Assembly (NCBI RefSeq): GCF_009914755.1
Contig: NC_060942.1
DNA from: the human T2T-CHM13v2.0 reference genome, Homo sapiens
Length of the DNA stretch: 64,000 bases
Reading direction: 5' to 3' (one strand)
Shown here: positions 40,779-54,299 of the stretch, one piece after another
Numbering within the stretch: the stretch's first letter is position 1
Layout: each line of letters begins with the position of its first letter
Program-made: the position numbers and the translations under genes
Notes under the pieces: model-generated
What the model was told of the DNA's origin: nothing
Database searches by the model: none
What the model saw: only the letters and a program-made list of their open reading frames with translations

Positions 40779-42653
40779 TGGATTACAGTTCACAGAAAAG
40801 CAAATATTCTATCTTCCTAGGAAAAATGTTAAGAAATTATGCAATGTTAAAGTAATGACTGTGTGAATAAACACATAAATTGTGAAGTTAGGTCAGCAGA
40901 GTAGTTTCAAGTGGGAGGAAATGTTAATGGCAGAAATGTGAAAAGATGAAAATCTTTTACTAAGTTAAAAAACTGAAATTAAAATTAATTTATCTGTACA
41001 TTGTAACTCAACCACATGGGTTGGCTAACTAGATAGAAATCTTATAATTTGACCTAGCGCTACATAAATTTAAAAAAGTTAACAGTATCCTGAAAATAAT
41101 TTTAAAATAATAATTGTGTGAAAACTGGCATTGGAAATAACATTTGTTGTTTGCGTGAATGAAAAGTTTATTTAAAGGTTGAGGGCAGAGTGAGGTGCTA
41201 AGAGTGGCTTATTGAAATCAAAGCTCTAGAGTAATCTGCATAATAATTATCCTAATCATTTTCCTACCAGAAAAACTGATGATGTGTAGACTTTCCCATG
41301 ACCACATGGCGAGTCAGGGGAACAAGGAATCATATTCATGATTCCCAGTCCCAGACCACCATTTCATTATTCAAGAAGACCTAGATCTACCACTCATGGG
41401 AGGTTAGCCCAAAGCTCACAAACTAGGTCGCTGGGTGAAGTGCAGCGAAGTTTTCTTTGTTTCAATTTACAGGATGAAATAATGGGCATGGACCTGGTAA
41501 ATTGTACTTGCAATTATTTTCTTAATTATAACTGCAGGGTAATTTCCGCAGATAGGGTGTATAATATAGAAAGATTTTTTCCCCCTCACACTAAGGAGTA
41601 GGGCAATTGAAGGTCTTCCATTTCTCCTATAAGGTGTTGCTGAGACATCTGATATTCCTCACATATAGCACTTGGTGATTTTTTTGTACTTTACAACACC
41701 TGCACATGACAGCCAAAAGAAATGGTGGATTTGGAAAAGAAAATGAATTAAATTGGTTTTTGGGTATCACATGGACAAAAACAAGCTTTTGGGAGTTTTT
41801 TTGCTATACTTTTCACTTTTCAATCTACGGGCTTAGTCTTGTATATACACCATGAAATATGTTTTTCTGCTTGATTGTTTCCTATAAAAGACTGTAATGT
41901 AAGAATGTGTTATTTGCTCCAATTTTTCTCCCCATTTACTTGATCAGTGTGAGAAACTATTCTCCTCTAGCCTCAGATAACATGTTATCTATTACCATCA
42001 CGTTTAGGTAAAACAGAGCCTGGAAACACATTTTATTGATTTCTTATGGAAATAGGAATATGAGTGTCTGGAAAAAAAAAAAGTACTCACAAAACAGAGA
42101 TAAAAACCAAAACCAGAACTCAGTCTCACACCTAATGAAAGCAGAGAAGAACAGTAAAGTGGAAGAACACAACCAGGCATAATGGGAGGAAGAACAGAAT
42201 GAAAGATAGGCTTGTAAAAAGGAAGAGCAAATTACTGCGAGCAACAGAGGGAAGGAGAATTTCCTCAGGCGAGGATTAAGGAGGGAAAAGGCCAGAGAGA
42301 AAGAGGCCACAAGAAAGCAATGAAAAGAATCAAGCAGGGCGGGGGCGTTTTGCTAGGCTTTTCTTTTCTGTCTTTTTTTTTTTTATTATTATATTTCTTT
42401 CCTTAACAACACATTTGTGCTTCCAGTGGTAAAAGGCAGAGGCAGAGAAAAGATAAGATTTCTCACTTCAAAATTGTGCCCACTTTTAATGGTCCTTTTT
42501 CTCTAACCCATTTGGCACCTAACAATAATCCATCAAGAGAGGTGCTGAATCCTTATGTCGATAAATGTATTTTTTCCCTCTCTTGGAAAGACATATGCTA
42601 CTAATTGTTTTATTTCAGAAAGTACTTTTGGCAATGCTGATTTTATATCCCTA

Positions 42654-42670
42654 AGTGCCCCCTAGTGACA
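42654..42670 (-). promoter_or_regulatory. CTCF core motif candidate
   Basis: The minus strand reads TGTCACTAGGGGGCACT, close to the CTCF consensus (T)GCCACYAGGGGGCRCT. It lies in repeat-poor sequence. Confidence 0.6.
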
Positions 42671-43149
42671 AGGTCCAATTTCAAAATCTCTTTCACAGTA
42701 ATTTTGTTCTAACGGTTTCCCTTTTCGTAGTACAAATGTGGCTGTCGTAGGGACAAACAATCCAACTTTCGATCAATTTATTTTAATTAGGCAGAAAGGA
42801 GGGTTTCTTGAGCAGGTCTAGGACACCATAATAAATTACTGTTTTTCTTTATGAATTAATTTATAATTGGAAAAATTCACAGTCCCTTAGAATAAAATCA
42901 GGCCTCTCCAAATTACACTATTAACAAAATAAACTATTTGGACTGTGAGTAGTCACATTCCCTTCTCCTCTGTTAAGTTATATGAAGACTCAGATTCCTG
43001 ACATCGTTTCTTTTAATTCAGTTTGTGAAACAACAAAATAGCAGCACAGACATGAAGAATGACAGGCTATACTTTTCCAGTTATGATTTCTCCTGATCAC
43101 TTCTGATATTCCTATAATTCTAGCATGAAACATAGACACTGCAAGAATA

Positions 43150-43355
43150 AATGTTAAGGCTTAAATACTGATTTAGCGACTCGTGTGATATGGGCATATT
43201 ATGTAATTTCTTTGAGCCTCAGTTTTATGTCTGTAAAATGGGAATACTACTACTAATAATAAAAAGATTATTGTAGGGATTAAATGAGATATTACATGTC
43301 AAGCTTTTAGCAGCATCTCTGCATATATTTAGGACTTAATAAATGATAGTTATTA
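43150..43355 (+). mobile_element. MIR SINE
   Basis: TCTTTGAGCCTCAGTTTTATGTCTGTAAAATGGGAATA...GGGATTAAATGAGAT...TTAATAAATGATAG. Confidence 0.8.
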
Positions 43356-45249
43356 AAATGCTCAGCCCAATAATTTATAGAGGCCAACCTTGGGTCTTTT
43401 CTTCTCTCTTTAAAATTTGGTGGAACCGATCTTAATACTTTGAAGCAGAGTCACAATGACCTTTAAATAGAGTGGGGATGATATTTACTTCAAATCGATG
43501 CTATTTTTAGATTCTCTTTAGATCCTGAGTACTCAAGAGCTTAACTAGAACATTCAACAAATCCAGTTCTGGTGTACCATATTTAGCAAATTGTCTATGA
43601 ATTTAAACATGCAAATAGGAGATATTATAACTTCTCTTTGTATATTGTTTTACACATTAAAAGATCCTGGAATATATTTTCCTCATTTTATTGATGAGGA
43701 AACTGAGGCACAGAGGGGTTATATCAATTGGTTTCCATGGGGGAAGGGGCAAGTCTCCAGGGGAGGCATCAACATCTGCTGGAGGTGAGGGGGAAGCTCT
43801 TCCTAGCTACGAACCTTCTTCTTCCACTAGGGGCAGGAGAAGCTTAAGATTTGAACAGTTCTGCCCTTGCAGTCCCTGAGCCACTAATATTGATGTAAGC
43901 ATGTTGAATTTCTTAGCCACTTCTGGGATGGAAACAAAGTTAGGTACTACTGGGCTAGTAACTGATTTTGAATGAGAATCTAGGTCTATTATATTTATAT
44001 TCCCATAGCTGCATAAGGAGACTCACTTCTAATTCTTTATTCAGAATTTTTAGCTTCAAATATTTGTGTTTTTTCTCACTTGCACTCCCTGTACCACCAT
44101 AGTCTTACTTCCATCACCTTTTTACAGAGCTAGTTAAAAGGAAAACTGATTAGCATGAAGTTAAAACGATCGGTATGCCACTGGAATTTTCTCTCTGATG
44201 TAATCAGAAAAATAGATCTCAGTCTGTGCCCTAAGAGAGGAGGTCCACTGCTCTAGGCTTTATTAATTTTATTTATTTATTTATTTGGTCAGCATCAAGT
44301 GCCCAATGATGAATCTATTTTCAGAGCTCTCTAAAATTTATACACTGGGTGTGGAGAGGGTATGCTATATTCATAGAAAGAAGTCCACCAATTCCAATGA
44401 ACTTGATACAAATAAGTACTTTGATTGTTCTGAAAACCTCCAGCAATGTGTGGGTCATGAACTGAATCTATAATAGTTTTCCCTGCCATATAAATTTTTA
44501 TTATAATGCTGTTTGGCCTGTTTAATTATTTAATTTCCATTCACTTGATTTCAAGTGTGGTTGAGATGTCAGAGATCATTAGTTGTTTATCCTCATAGTG
44601 TCCTAGATAGCTGGAACAATCGTTTGTTTCTAAAGCCCATTTCCCGTCTGCAGTTGCAGCTCTTTTTGTACTACATTTGCTTGCCTCCTCCACCATTCCA
44701 GATTCAAATGATTTATGTGATTGCTTCTCAGTCTTTCTGGGATTGCTGCAATTTTTAGATGTTATTTCGGTTCAACCTGTCACATAAAAACTGCAGAGAA
44801 AAGTCCAATCTCCCTGAGATAGATTGAGTCAAAGCCAGCAAAGCCGGGTCATTTGAACAGCCTTGGTGCAGGTAAACTAGACACTGGTGAATGGGCAGAG
44901 ATGGTGATCCTGTCATGGCAATATCAAACACAGCATGAAAGCAGGAGAGAGCACATATTATGCTTTCCGTATTCCAGTCCCCCTTGTGTGTATGTGAGCA
45001 TGTGTACGTGCATGTGTGTGTGCGTGTATATGCGTGTGTGGGCATTCCGTGGAGCTTACTTCAAGCTCCTAAAATTCCACATTCAACAGGCGCAATCCCC
45101 ACTCTGGTATCAAAGTCTCCATGGTGGAGAAACCCACTGAAGTGTGGATTCACTAAAATATGAATAGTTGACAATGCTACCTCTTTATGACATTTTCTGC
45201 TTAAGTATCCCTTTCAATTACAACTATTTAATAAAATGGCTGTCTCCTG

Positions 45250-46420
45250 TTTCCATAGTCAGTGAGAGATGGTGGCTGAGAGAGAAAGACACAGACAGCA
45301 CAATATATGTTTTGGAGGTAAAATTGATAGATAGCCCTTAATTGAAAATGCAGACTAAAGAAGAGGGAAAGTGTCCAGTCCTAAGTTTCCAGCAGTAGCA
45401 AGGAGGTGACACTTACTGAACTGAGAGATTTTGGAAGAGGGCCAGGGGTGAGGCAGGTAGCACTAATGGCATATCAATAGGCAGGTGGTTACGTGGCTCT
45501 CATGTTCTGAAGATAAGCAAGTGAAGAAGAGACATTGGCTTACAAGAGCAGATATAATCACTGTAGGAGGGAAAGAGGATAGATTAAAAAGCAAAAGGCC
45601 AAGCCAAGAATAATCCAGTGAGTAAAATTCCAATAGAAGAACAAAACTCAAAGGGATGGAAAAGGAACAGTCAGAAAGGGAAGGGGGAATCCTATTTTTC
45701 TAGAAGGAGAGGATAATAAGATTAGGACAGGTCATGTCAGATGGACAATAAAGTGTCCTCTGAATTTAACAGCATGGAGATCAACCATTCGCAAGTGCAA
45801 ATCAGTGGAGTGGCTGGGACAGAGCCAGACTGGGGTGAACATGGAGAAAATAGGGTCTGGGGGGACAGGAAAGGGTATAGATAACTCTTCTGAAATGCAT
45901 GGCTAAGGAAAAGAGCTGTATCTGGAAAAGGATACAGGATTCAGGAAGATCATTTACTGACTGATTTATTTTTTGGTGGGGGAGAATACAGAGCATTGCA
46001 AATGCTGACAGAAAGCATCCAGTAGAGAAGAGGTTAAAGATCCAGAAGAGAAAGTGAGTCACTCATCAGGGAGGTTCATGGGAGGACACGGAGAGACAGG
46101 ACCCACAGCATAGGAGGGACGACTCACCACTGATAGGAGGTGGGTCCACTCCTCCCTTGTAACAGGAGAGAAGGAGAAGACAATGAGAGCAAAGCATATT
46201 GGTGTATACAGATCTGGTGAAGATATCAGAGATAGATCTCAGCAGGTGCCTTCTATTAACTTCTCTGGAACATGAAAGTCATCCACTGAAGAGGAGAAGA
46301 AGATGGGGTTGGGAGATTAAATTTCAAACTAGGGGAGATATGGAATGGTTACTTCAGAGAACTGACCTAACTAAAGAAGTAATTTCAGCATGGTCAAGCA
46401 GTACTTTTAAGCATTTGTAT
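45250..46420 (-). mobile_element. Degenerate L2 fragment
   Basis: Purine-rich antisense L2 motifs (AAGTGTCCTCTGAATTTAAC, GAGCCAGACTG, CCAGTAGAGAAGAGGTTAAAGAT). Boundaries approximate. Confidence 0.6.
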
Positions 46421-48787
46421 TAATAACAACAATCAAGTAGTTAGAAATGATAGCATATCACATATAAATCTGAAAAGCATTATCTCCCCTCTTATACTTG
46501 GTCCCTCCTAAGCATGCTATATTAAAACCAATCAATTTAAATGTAGTTCTTTCTCTAGTTTGTAGTTCTCCACCACTTAATATATCTTTTGGCTTTGAAA
46601 CAGTGTGTATTGAGCAGATGTTTCTTTAAGTTGACAATCCTTAATTGGAAAAAGGAAAAATAAATTGCATAAAGTGTTAAATGAGTTCCTTGCGAGGCTA
46701 GGAGGCAGTCGTTCATTCAACTGCTCCCCCTGTCCTCTTGTATCTATCTCTTTTCCCTACCTATCTCGGTTGCTTTCTTATTCCTTTAGCACCTGCCACA
46801 GTGCTGGGCTCACAAGAAGTATTCTGGAATACTGGCATTCCATTCTTCTGCCATCATCAGGAGAGTTGAATCTTCAGTGGCCCTTCAATCTTGAGACAGG
46901 ATTGCAGCAGGTTCTTGTTTTTTTGGTTCTGTTCTGTTCTGTTTTTTTTTTTTCCTTTCCTTTGTCAAAAATACTGAAACTCAGAATTGAAAACCAAAGG
47001 AATCACTTGCGAGTGCTCTCACTCTCGTCCTGTGCTCTTCTCTCTCACACATATAGAAATATACCTCTATAGTTCAGGTAGGGTTTTTGCACTGTATATC
47101 AAGGACTTAAAGAGGAAAGGGGGTCCTGTTGATTCTGCTTAAATATTTTGTTGCAATTTGTAACAATCTGTAACTCGGATTCAGTCATGGAATCTCAAGT
47201 CTTTAATGTTGAAAAGGATCGTAGAGACAGTTTCATCTCCCCTCCAGCCTGGACTACACTCTATTTTATGGATGACAAAACCTACAATGGTTAAGTGTGT
47301 GTCCTGAGGAGCCCATTCTGTAAAATAATGACCTTAGAGTTTTTATGAACATGACAAAGAACTCTTTCCTAGGAGGAGGCCAGGCATTTACATGCTCATT
47401 TTTCTAGAATGGTGTTCTGCACTCATTATTGCTTAATGAATGCTGGATAATTTGAATTCGTTGTTCATGATCCTTTACTAAAAAAAATAAGCACAGATCT
47501 TTGGACTAATGGAATTTGCCAAGTCATCATCAGGCTAAGATCTGGGTCTTAGTATAATTTCCCTTCTTTCAGTTCAGAATTAAAATATTATAGATAGGTG
47601 GGTGAAGTAATGCCAGTAAGTATGGTAATACATTTCTGACACATGGCATGCAATCTGTGAGGGCATTCCTTCACTTGGTCCTGTACTTTGGGCAGTAATG
47701 AAGTGGAAAATTAAATTAAATAAGCTTTTATTATTCTGTGGCTCTGTTGAAAAGGGTACCATCAAACACTTTAAATAAAAAACATATCTTCTGAAACAAA
47801 GCTTCTGAGTTCTTTGGCATTATTGAACTGTGAAGAAGCCTTCCTCTCATCCACTTTATGACTTTCTTTTCTTCTGCTTTTACCTTTGGTAGAATCATAT
47901 CCATGGTAAATTATTTGGGGTTGCATCAGAAATACACACTTCATGAGCCTTGGAGGTAAAACCAGAAGGCATAGTTTCTAAATTAAACCAGCAAAAGTAA
48001 AAAGGTAATACTTTTGTTTTATTGTTTTCACTTATATCTAACCCTCTAACCTCAGTTTTCTGTGAAGGCTTATAAGTCTTAGACTGCAATATTTCTAATT
48101 CTACTAGGTTCTTTACTTAAATATAATTGTATCATACTCAGAATCATTCTCCTTTATAACATGTCTGAAGATACGTATTTTTTTCATATGAAGTAAATTT
48201 ATTTAAGATCACAAAATGATACTTGACAGCTGAAAGGGAGATCTCATATTCTTAACTTTTAGCCCTGGGGACTTAAGGGAGGTCACTCTCATGGTCTATG
48301 TTTTTTTCTCACTTCGACTTCCTTCTTTTAGACTATTACAATTTTAGTGACATATGAAAAAAACAGCCTCCTCTCCCTGTGTTCTTGTCTACTGTAAGTC
48401 ATTGGCCACACATGAATATTACATGACTTGAAGTAATTGTCAGGGTGAAATCAAGACAGTTGTTGTCTTACAGTCAACTCAAGTGATCTGATGTTCCACC
48501 AGGACAGAGACAGGGCAAGTGCAATGGGAGGAGTGTGAGGTCTGCTGCCCTACAGCCTCGAACTTGTATCCTAACTCCTCCTCTACTTCCTGTGGGGCTG
48601 TGGATGAGGAACGAAACTGCTCTGAACCTTGGGTTTCTCATATACAACATGAAGATAATAATGTCATTGATATAGAGTTGATCTGAGGATTGAACGAGAG
48701 AGAGTTCCCATCTCTCATCGTACTCAAGAATTAGTACCTATCATTACTGTGTATTTTGGCATCAGCAGAAATGTCTCAAGGGATGAT

Positions 48788-48823
48788 GGGAAGCCCCATC
48801 TTGATATCTGATTGGGAATTTCC
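48788..48823. promoter_or_regulatory. Pair of NF-kB consensus sites
   Basis: GGGAAGCCCC (48788-48797) and GGGAATTTCC (48814-48823) both fit GGGRNNYYCC. Confidence 0.35.
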
Positions 48824-49014
48824 TGATCGGGACTGTTTCTAAGGGGCTCAGGACACCAGCTGCAGAAGCTATAGTCACTTGCAGGAATTATGGCCATGAG
48901 CTGTCTCAAGGGCAGATGGGTGGGGAAAGGAAAGAGAGGGCGGTGAATACACTCAGCAGACCACCAGCCTCTGGTAGGCAGTGGCTGAGGAGTGACAGGT
49001 CTGCTGAGGCCAGG

Positions 49015-49097
49015 GCTCTTGGGGTGGGGCCAGGTATTCAGATATTGTAAAGGCTCCTGGTGATTTCTGATATGCAGCCAAGCTTGAGAAGCCCTGG
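49015..49097 (+). mobile_element. MER5-type fragment
   Basis: GGGGTGGGGCCAGG...GCTCCTGGTGATTTCTGATATGCAGCCAAGCTTGAGAAGCCCTG. Confidence 0.65.
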
Positions 49098-50190
49098 CAT
49101 GGAGATTAACAATAAGGAGGACTTGAAGCCACAGGAAGATTTATCTCTGGGTCTTTTTGGGTAATTAGTGACATGGAAGTCTGGCCTGGACAATGTAGTA
49201 ATAAAGTCAAAAAAGAATGACAAAATAGCAAGCCTATAATCATATGCATTAATTTATTTAAATTTCTATAATAAAACACCACTGAAGTGGCTTTCATTTT
49301 CTCTTGGTGAAGGCAGGAATTATTTTAACAGAGCAGAGAGTGCTCATTGGTGTAAACAGACAAGCTTCAAACAGTTCATAGAATCAGGCACACCAATGCC
49401 CTGAGTGCAGGGCCGTGAGCGGAAGGTAAGGGATGCCGCCCAGGCAGAATAGAAGAGCCAGGGCCCCATGAAGAAAACTTTGAGCCATTCTCAGGCTGGG
49501 GAAAAAAACAGACAAGAGCAGCACCATGCAGTAAATCACTTGTTGAGGGGCCAAGTCAGGGTTAGCAGAATGAAGGCTGCTAGAATGAGGAAATCCCACC
49601 AGGAAACTAGAGTGGCTACCCAGAACGGGTGGAAATTGAAAAGGGGAGATCTTTTAAGAGAAGACCATAGAAATAAGTTCAGGGAGCCTTTGAACTTGAA
49701 TTGCTCAGCTGTCTATTGTATCTATTTATTTTACTTAACAAGGTTCCAAACTCTCAGTCTCAAGGAGACTGGAATATACCAGTGAGTGAGCTGGGCTTCT
49801 CTCTAGAGTGCCAGGCAATGAGCTAGACTCACGGCTTCTGCTTCCCAGTTTCTCCTCTTCAGGAGAGTTCCCACAAGGCCAGCAGGTGCTGGCCACTGGT
49901 GATTCCTGACAATTCCCTGCACACTGGATCCGAAGTTTAGATTGCTTGCCTTCTACTGTCAAGACCACCTTTGCCTTTGCCCTTTGCAACATGGAAGCAA
50001 GCTCCTCCTCTTTTGGTGCACAGGCCCACATGTATCTAGTTGTGCTTTGGTCCATGCAAGCCTTTCTACATGATACTGGGGAAAGGGGAGGCGTGCATCT
50101 GCCCAGACTCTGATGCCACTAGTATGCTCCCAAGTCCATAAACTGACAAATACATAAGTACATTCCTATTTGTTAATTATAATTTATGTA

Positions 50191-50628
50191 CTGTTGACCC
50201 TTGAACAATACAGGGTTTAGGGGGGAGCCAACCCCCCTGTGCCATCAAAAATCTGAGTATAACTTTTGACTCCCCCAAAATTTAACTACTGATAGCCTAT
50301 CGTAGACTAAAAGCCTTACTGATAATGTAGTCGATTAACATATATTTTAATGTTATATATGTTATATACTGTATTTTTGCAATAAAGTAAGCTAGAGAAA
50401 AGAAAATATTTTTAAGAAAATCATAAGAAAGAGAAAATATGTTCACTATTCATTAAGTGGAAGTGGATCTCATAAAGATCTTCATCCTTGTCTTCACATT
50501 GAATAGGTAGAGGAGGAGAGGAAGAGAAGGAGTTGGTCTTGCTATCTCAGGGGTGGACGAGGCAGAGGAAAATTCACATATAATTGGATCCATACAGTTT
50601 AAACCCATGTTGTTCCCAGGGTTAACTG
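50191..50628 (+). mobile_element. Tigger2a (MER28) DNA transposon
   Basis: Terminal inverted repeats CTGTTGACCCTTGAACAA and TTGTTCCCAGGGTTAACTG, flanked by TA TSDs. Internal ATAACTTTTGACTCCCCCAAAA. Confidence 0.9.
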
Positions 50629-52370
50629 TAGTTCCTTACAGTTTACAGAGCACTTTGGCATGGAAATGGAAACTATAAACAAACAAACAAAAAAGACAAA
50701 TGCCTGCAGTTCAGCAAGGTAGAACAAGTTTTCCCAAATCACACAGACAGGATGTAGTGAACTTAGAACTCTACTCCAGGTGATATATTTCCAAGTTCAG
50801 AGTCCAAAATAAAACAAAAGGTACAGTAATTATAAGTCAATTTAATTCTCAATAGTTTTGGACATGCGGCTAAAAATTATAGCTAGTGGCCATCTGTCAA
50901 CAAATGTAAACTATGAAACTGGATATTAAATTATATCTAATTTAATACACTGTACATAGGATCTAATTTTACATACTGTGGCCTAACAGTGTGCAAAATG
51001 TTAGGCTACCCCTGTAGTGTACAGTGTCACCTCTGTCATATACCTCTGTCAAACTGGTGCAGTGGAGTCCTGCCTTCCAGATCTAATTCTTTCATTACTG
51101 TATGAGCTTGGGTAGGGCCACTCAAACTCTGTCATTTATGAAATAAAGGATTATATGATTCAACTAGTAATGACTTTCATGACACATGCAGTGTATCCAA
51201 TAGCAACAAGTGAAGTGGTATCCATAGTTTCTCATTCCATGAACTTGTGTGGTGCATAATATTTGCCAAGTCTGTGCATGTAATAGCAATAGCTAGTTTT
51301 CAGAGCATGTTACACGCGCTGAATATACTGTCCATTTCAGAGCCCTTTACGCACAACATTGGCAGATTCATGAATTATTATGTTATTTACCTTTCTACTA
51401 TTGAGTGAACAGTTGTTAATTTAAATATTCTTTTATAATTTGATTGATCATTTGGCATGAAAAAATTAGGAAAAATAATTAAACAAACAAGAAAGCCAAA
51501 GCTTGAGCCCGAGGCCCTGATCCATGACATGAAATTCAAATACACTTATGAGTATCTGAGCATATTTTACTCTTCTAACAACTTCTAAAGATTTAATTCA
51601 AGAAAGGGCTCCTTGACTTAAAAAAATTAGCAAAGAGCCTTACTCAAGGTACTGTGCAATTAATATCATTATTGAGAATTTCCCTAGTTGCTTCTCTCTT
51701 TTGCATATATTAGCAGCAGGTGTTGTTTTGTATTTAACTTATTATACACATTTTGTTATGTCACAGAAAATCAAAAATTTCATTTTAAAGTTCTAATTAC
51801 CTAGAATTTCCTAGATGATCATTTATTTCTTGAAAATTAATGTCTTGACACAGTGCCTTTCAAATAATATTAATGTAGAAAATGTAAACTAATTTGAATT
51901 TAATAAATTGATTGCCAACTCTTTCTTTTATGTAAAAGTAGGTTGGGCACACCTTTGGTAACATCAAACCTTTGGAAAAGTTGGTAAATAAAATTTAAGT
52001 TCAATTGTATTAATGAAATTAAAAAGCTATGATTGTGGTATTATCATAAATAAAATATGTGAGTGCAACAAATATTAAATAACAAGATTCAAGAACTCTG
52101 CAACCAGGCCCTCATTCACAAGCCTACAAGAACATGTGCACTTCATTAAAGTCAATGGAGTGTACCAGTTCATCTTGGCATTACTCATAATCGAAACATT
52201 TCAATTTTAGTTAACACACACACACACAAAACTAATTTAAAAGTCAAATGAGTAAATTAGTTCTATGCTCCTATGTTCCAATTCCATGTTGATATCAACT
52301 AGCTGAATTTAGCCTCAGGAGGTATGAAAAAATATCTAATACAATGAATGGAAAACCTTTTAAAGAATTA

Positions 52371-52538
<168 letters not shown>

Positions 52539-53353
52539 TTAAAACGAATGTTTTTGCAACTAACTCAACAAACATATATTTTATATTGTAAGAGCCCCTC
52601 AAACTGCTCCATTAGAAAACAGCCAAGCTTAACTACAGATTTACTTCTGGATTTTGAAAGCAGCGAATCAAAAACTGGAGGATTTATATAAGAAATAAAG
52701 TCCACCTCCTGAAAAAAAACATTTAAATTGAACAGTGATTGATTGAAAAATATTTTCTGTGTACACATTCCCCCAGAAAAGGGGGAATTTTTCTGGTTTA
52801 CATCTGGTAGATTTCTCAATTGTAGTAAACACTATTCACAACACATTCTAGACATTTTCTTGACCTTTATTTCTGTGATACTCTTCTTTTTTTGCTTTCC
52901 CAGTTTTTGTCATTCTTTTAGGGTCTCTCTCTTTTCTATTGTCTCTTTTTTGCTTATTTCTTTATCAATCCTTAGTGGGGGTCACCAAGGACTCTGCCCT
53001 GCATTCCTTACTCATTCATTTCTACATTTTTAGTCTTTTGACTCCACCTATGAAGTTAATGATTTACTTCATGAATACTTGTTTCCATTTGAGCCTCTTC
53101 CTAAAACTAGGTTTTAGTTATGGTCATTTGCAGATATCTAATGTGATCCCAAAGCTCAAAAAAGAAGTATTAAAATTCCTAGAGTTTTCTGCTAAGATAT
53201 TCTTGTAGCTGGTGCATTCTGGCTGTGCTGCAAGCTCAACGGCCTGGAATTTCATGCCCCATGATTAGACATCCTGGCACATTTCTCCAATTTTTCAGTG
53301 TAAAGAAACATACTTTTTATTTTCCGAAGTTTAAATGATCACCAGAGAGGCAG

Positions 53354-53354
<1 letters not shown>

Positions 53355-53390
<36 letters not shown>
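53355..53390. repeat. (TG)18 perfect microsatellite
   Basis: Read directly from the sequence. Confidence 0.97.
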
Positions 53391-53393
<3 letters not shown>

Positions 53394-54299
53394 GCACTAC
53401 GCATCCTTCGGAGAGTGTGAGGGGAAGGGACCTGAGAAGAGGAAAGCAAATGCTGCCTGGCCAGTGTAGGGCGTGGAATCAAGGAGGGGACACTGACTTT
53501 GAACTCTGCACCCAGCTCATCCATCTGCCTGCCCCCAGTCTTGTTGGGAGCATCCAGTCACACAGACCCCTGCCTCTCCTGGCGACTCTGTGTGGAGGGA
53601 TACGTGCTAGCATATGTGTACATACTTCCTAATAGCAGGAAATAATGGCTTGAAAAATTCAAAAGTCACAGAGAGGGTTATGTAGGGGCTTCTATACTCC
53701 AATAGACTAGGCTGACCAAAGGGTAGAGGATTCCACACATGGTTTCAGGCCTTCTTTTCCTTTATCACTCTGCATCATTTCTATGAATTCTTTAAAACCC
53801 TTTTTAGTAGAATTCTCTGCTTCTTGTTTCTCTGCAATCCATATTACCTGCCTCAGATTGATGGTGTCTGTGAGATTTGGGTCCCTCGCAAGGTCTCAAT
53901 CTAAGTCCTGGATATAATTTCAAGACTTTGCTTCAGCCTAATCTTGTGACACGTGGCCTTCTACAAACTTCTTCAGTATATGCATGCACATGTACCTGAT
54001 GTGGATCCTAAATTCAAACCCACTTGGTGAGCATCCCCCTTTCTGTCTCACTATTCTACAGACCTCCTGTCTTGAGAATTCTGACCCTGCTCATCCCAGC
54101 CATGGGCTATCAGTCACCACTTATAAATGTAAGTTACTTTTTGGGCACTCTAAACAAAAGCATTAATTTTGGCTTATTATGGCTATATACACCTCATGCT
54201 TCTTTTGTAAGGAGTGTGGCTTGGCTTATAAGCTGCTGAAAGGCAGAGCAGTCTGCCTTGCTATCACCCCTGAGCATAACCAGCATGCTCACCACCGCC

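Noticed and set aside
42100-42335. Purine-rich stretch translating to a K/E/R-rich coiled-coil-like peptide (possible pseudogene fragment)
   Set aside because: There are several in-frame stops, no recognisable parent gene and no poly-A or TSD. Composition bias explains it.
52565-52711. Minus-strand acceptor TTTTTTTTCAG followed by an open frame EVDFISYINPPVFDSLL...
   Set aside because: There is no convincing donor, the peptide is unrecognised, and no partner exons were found.
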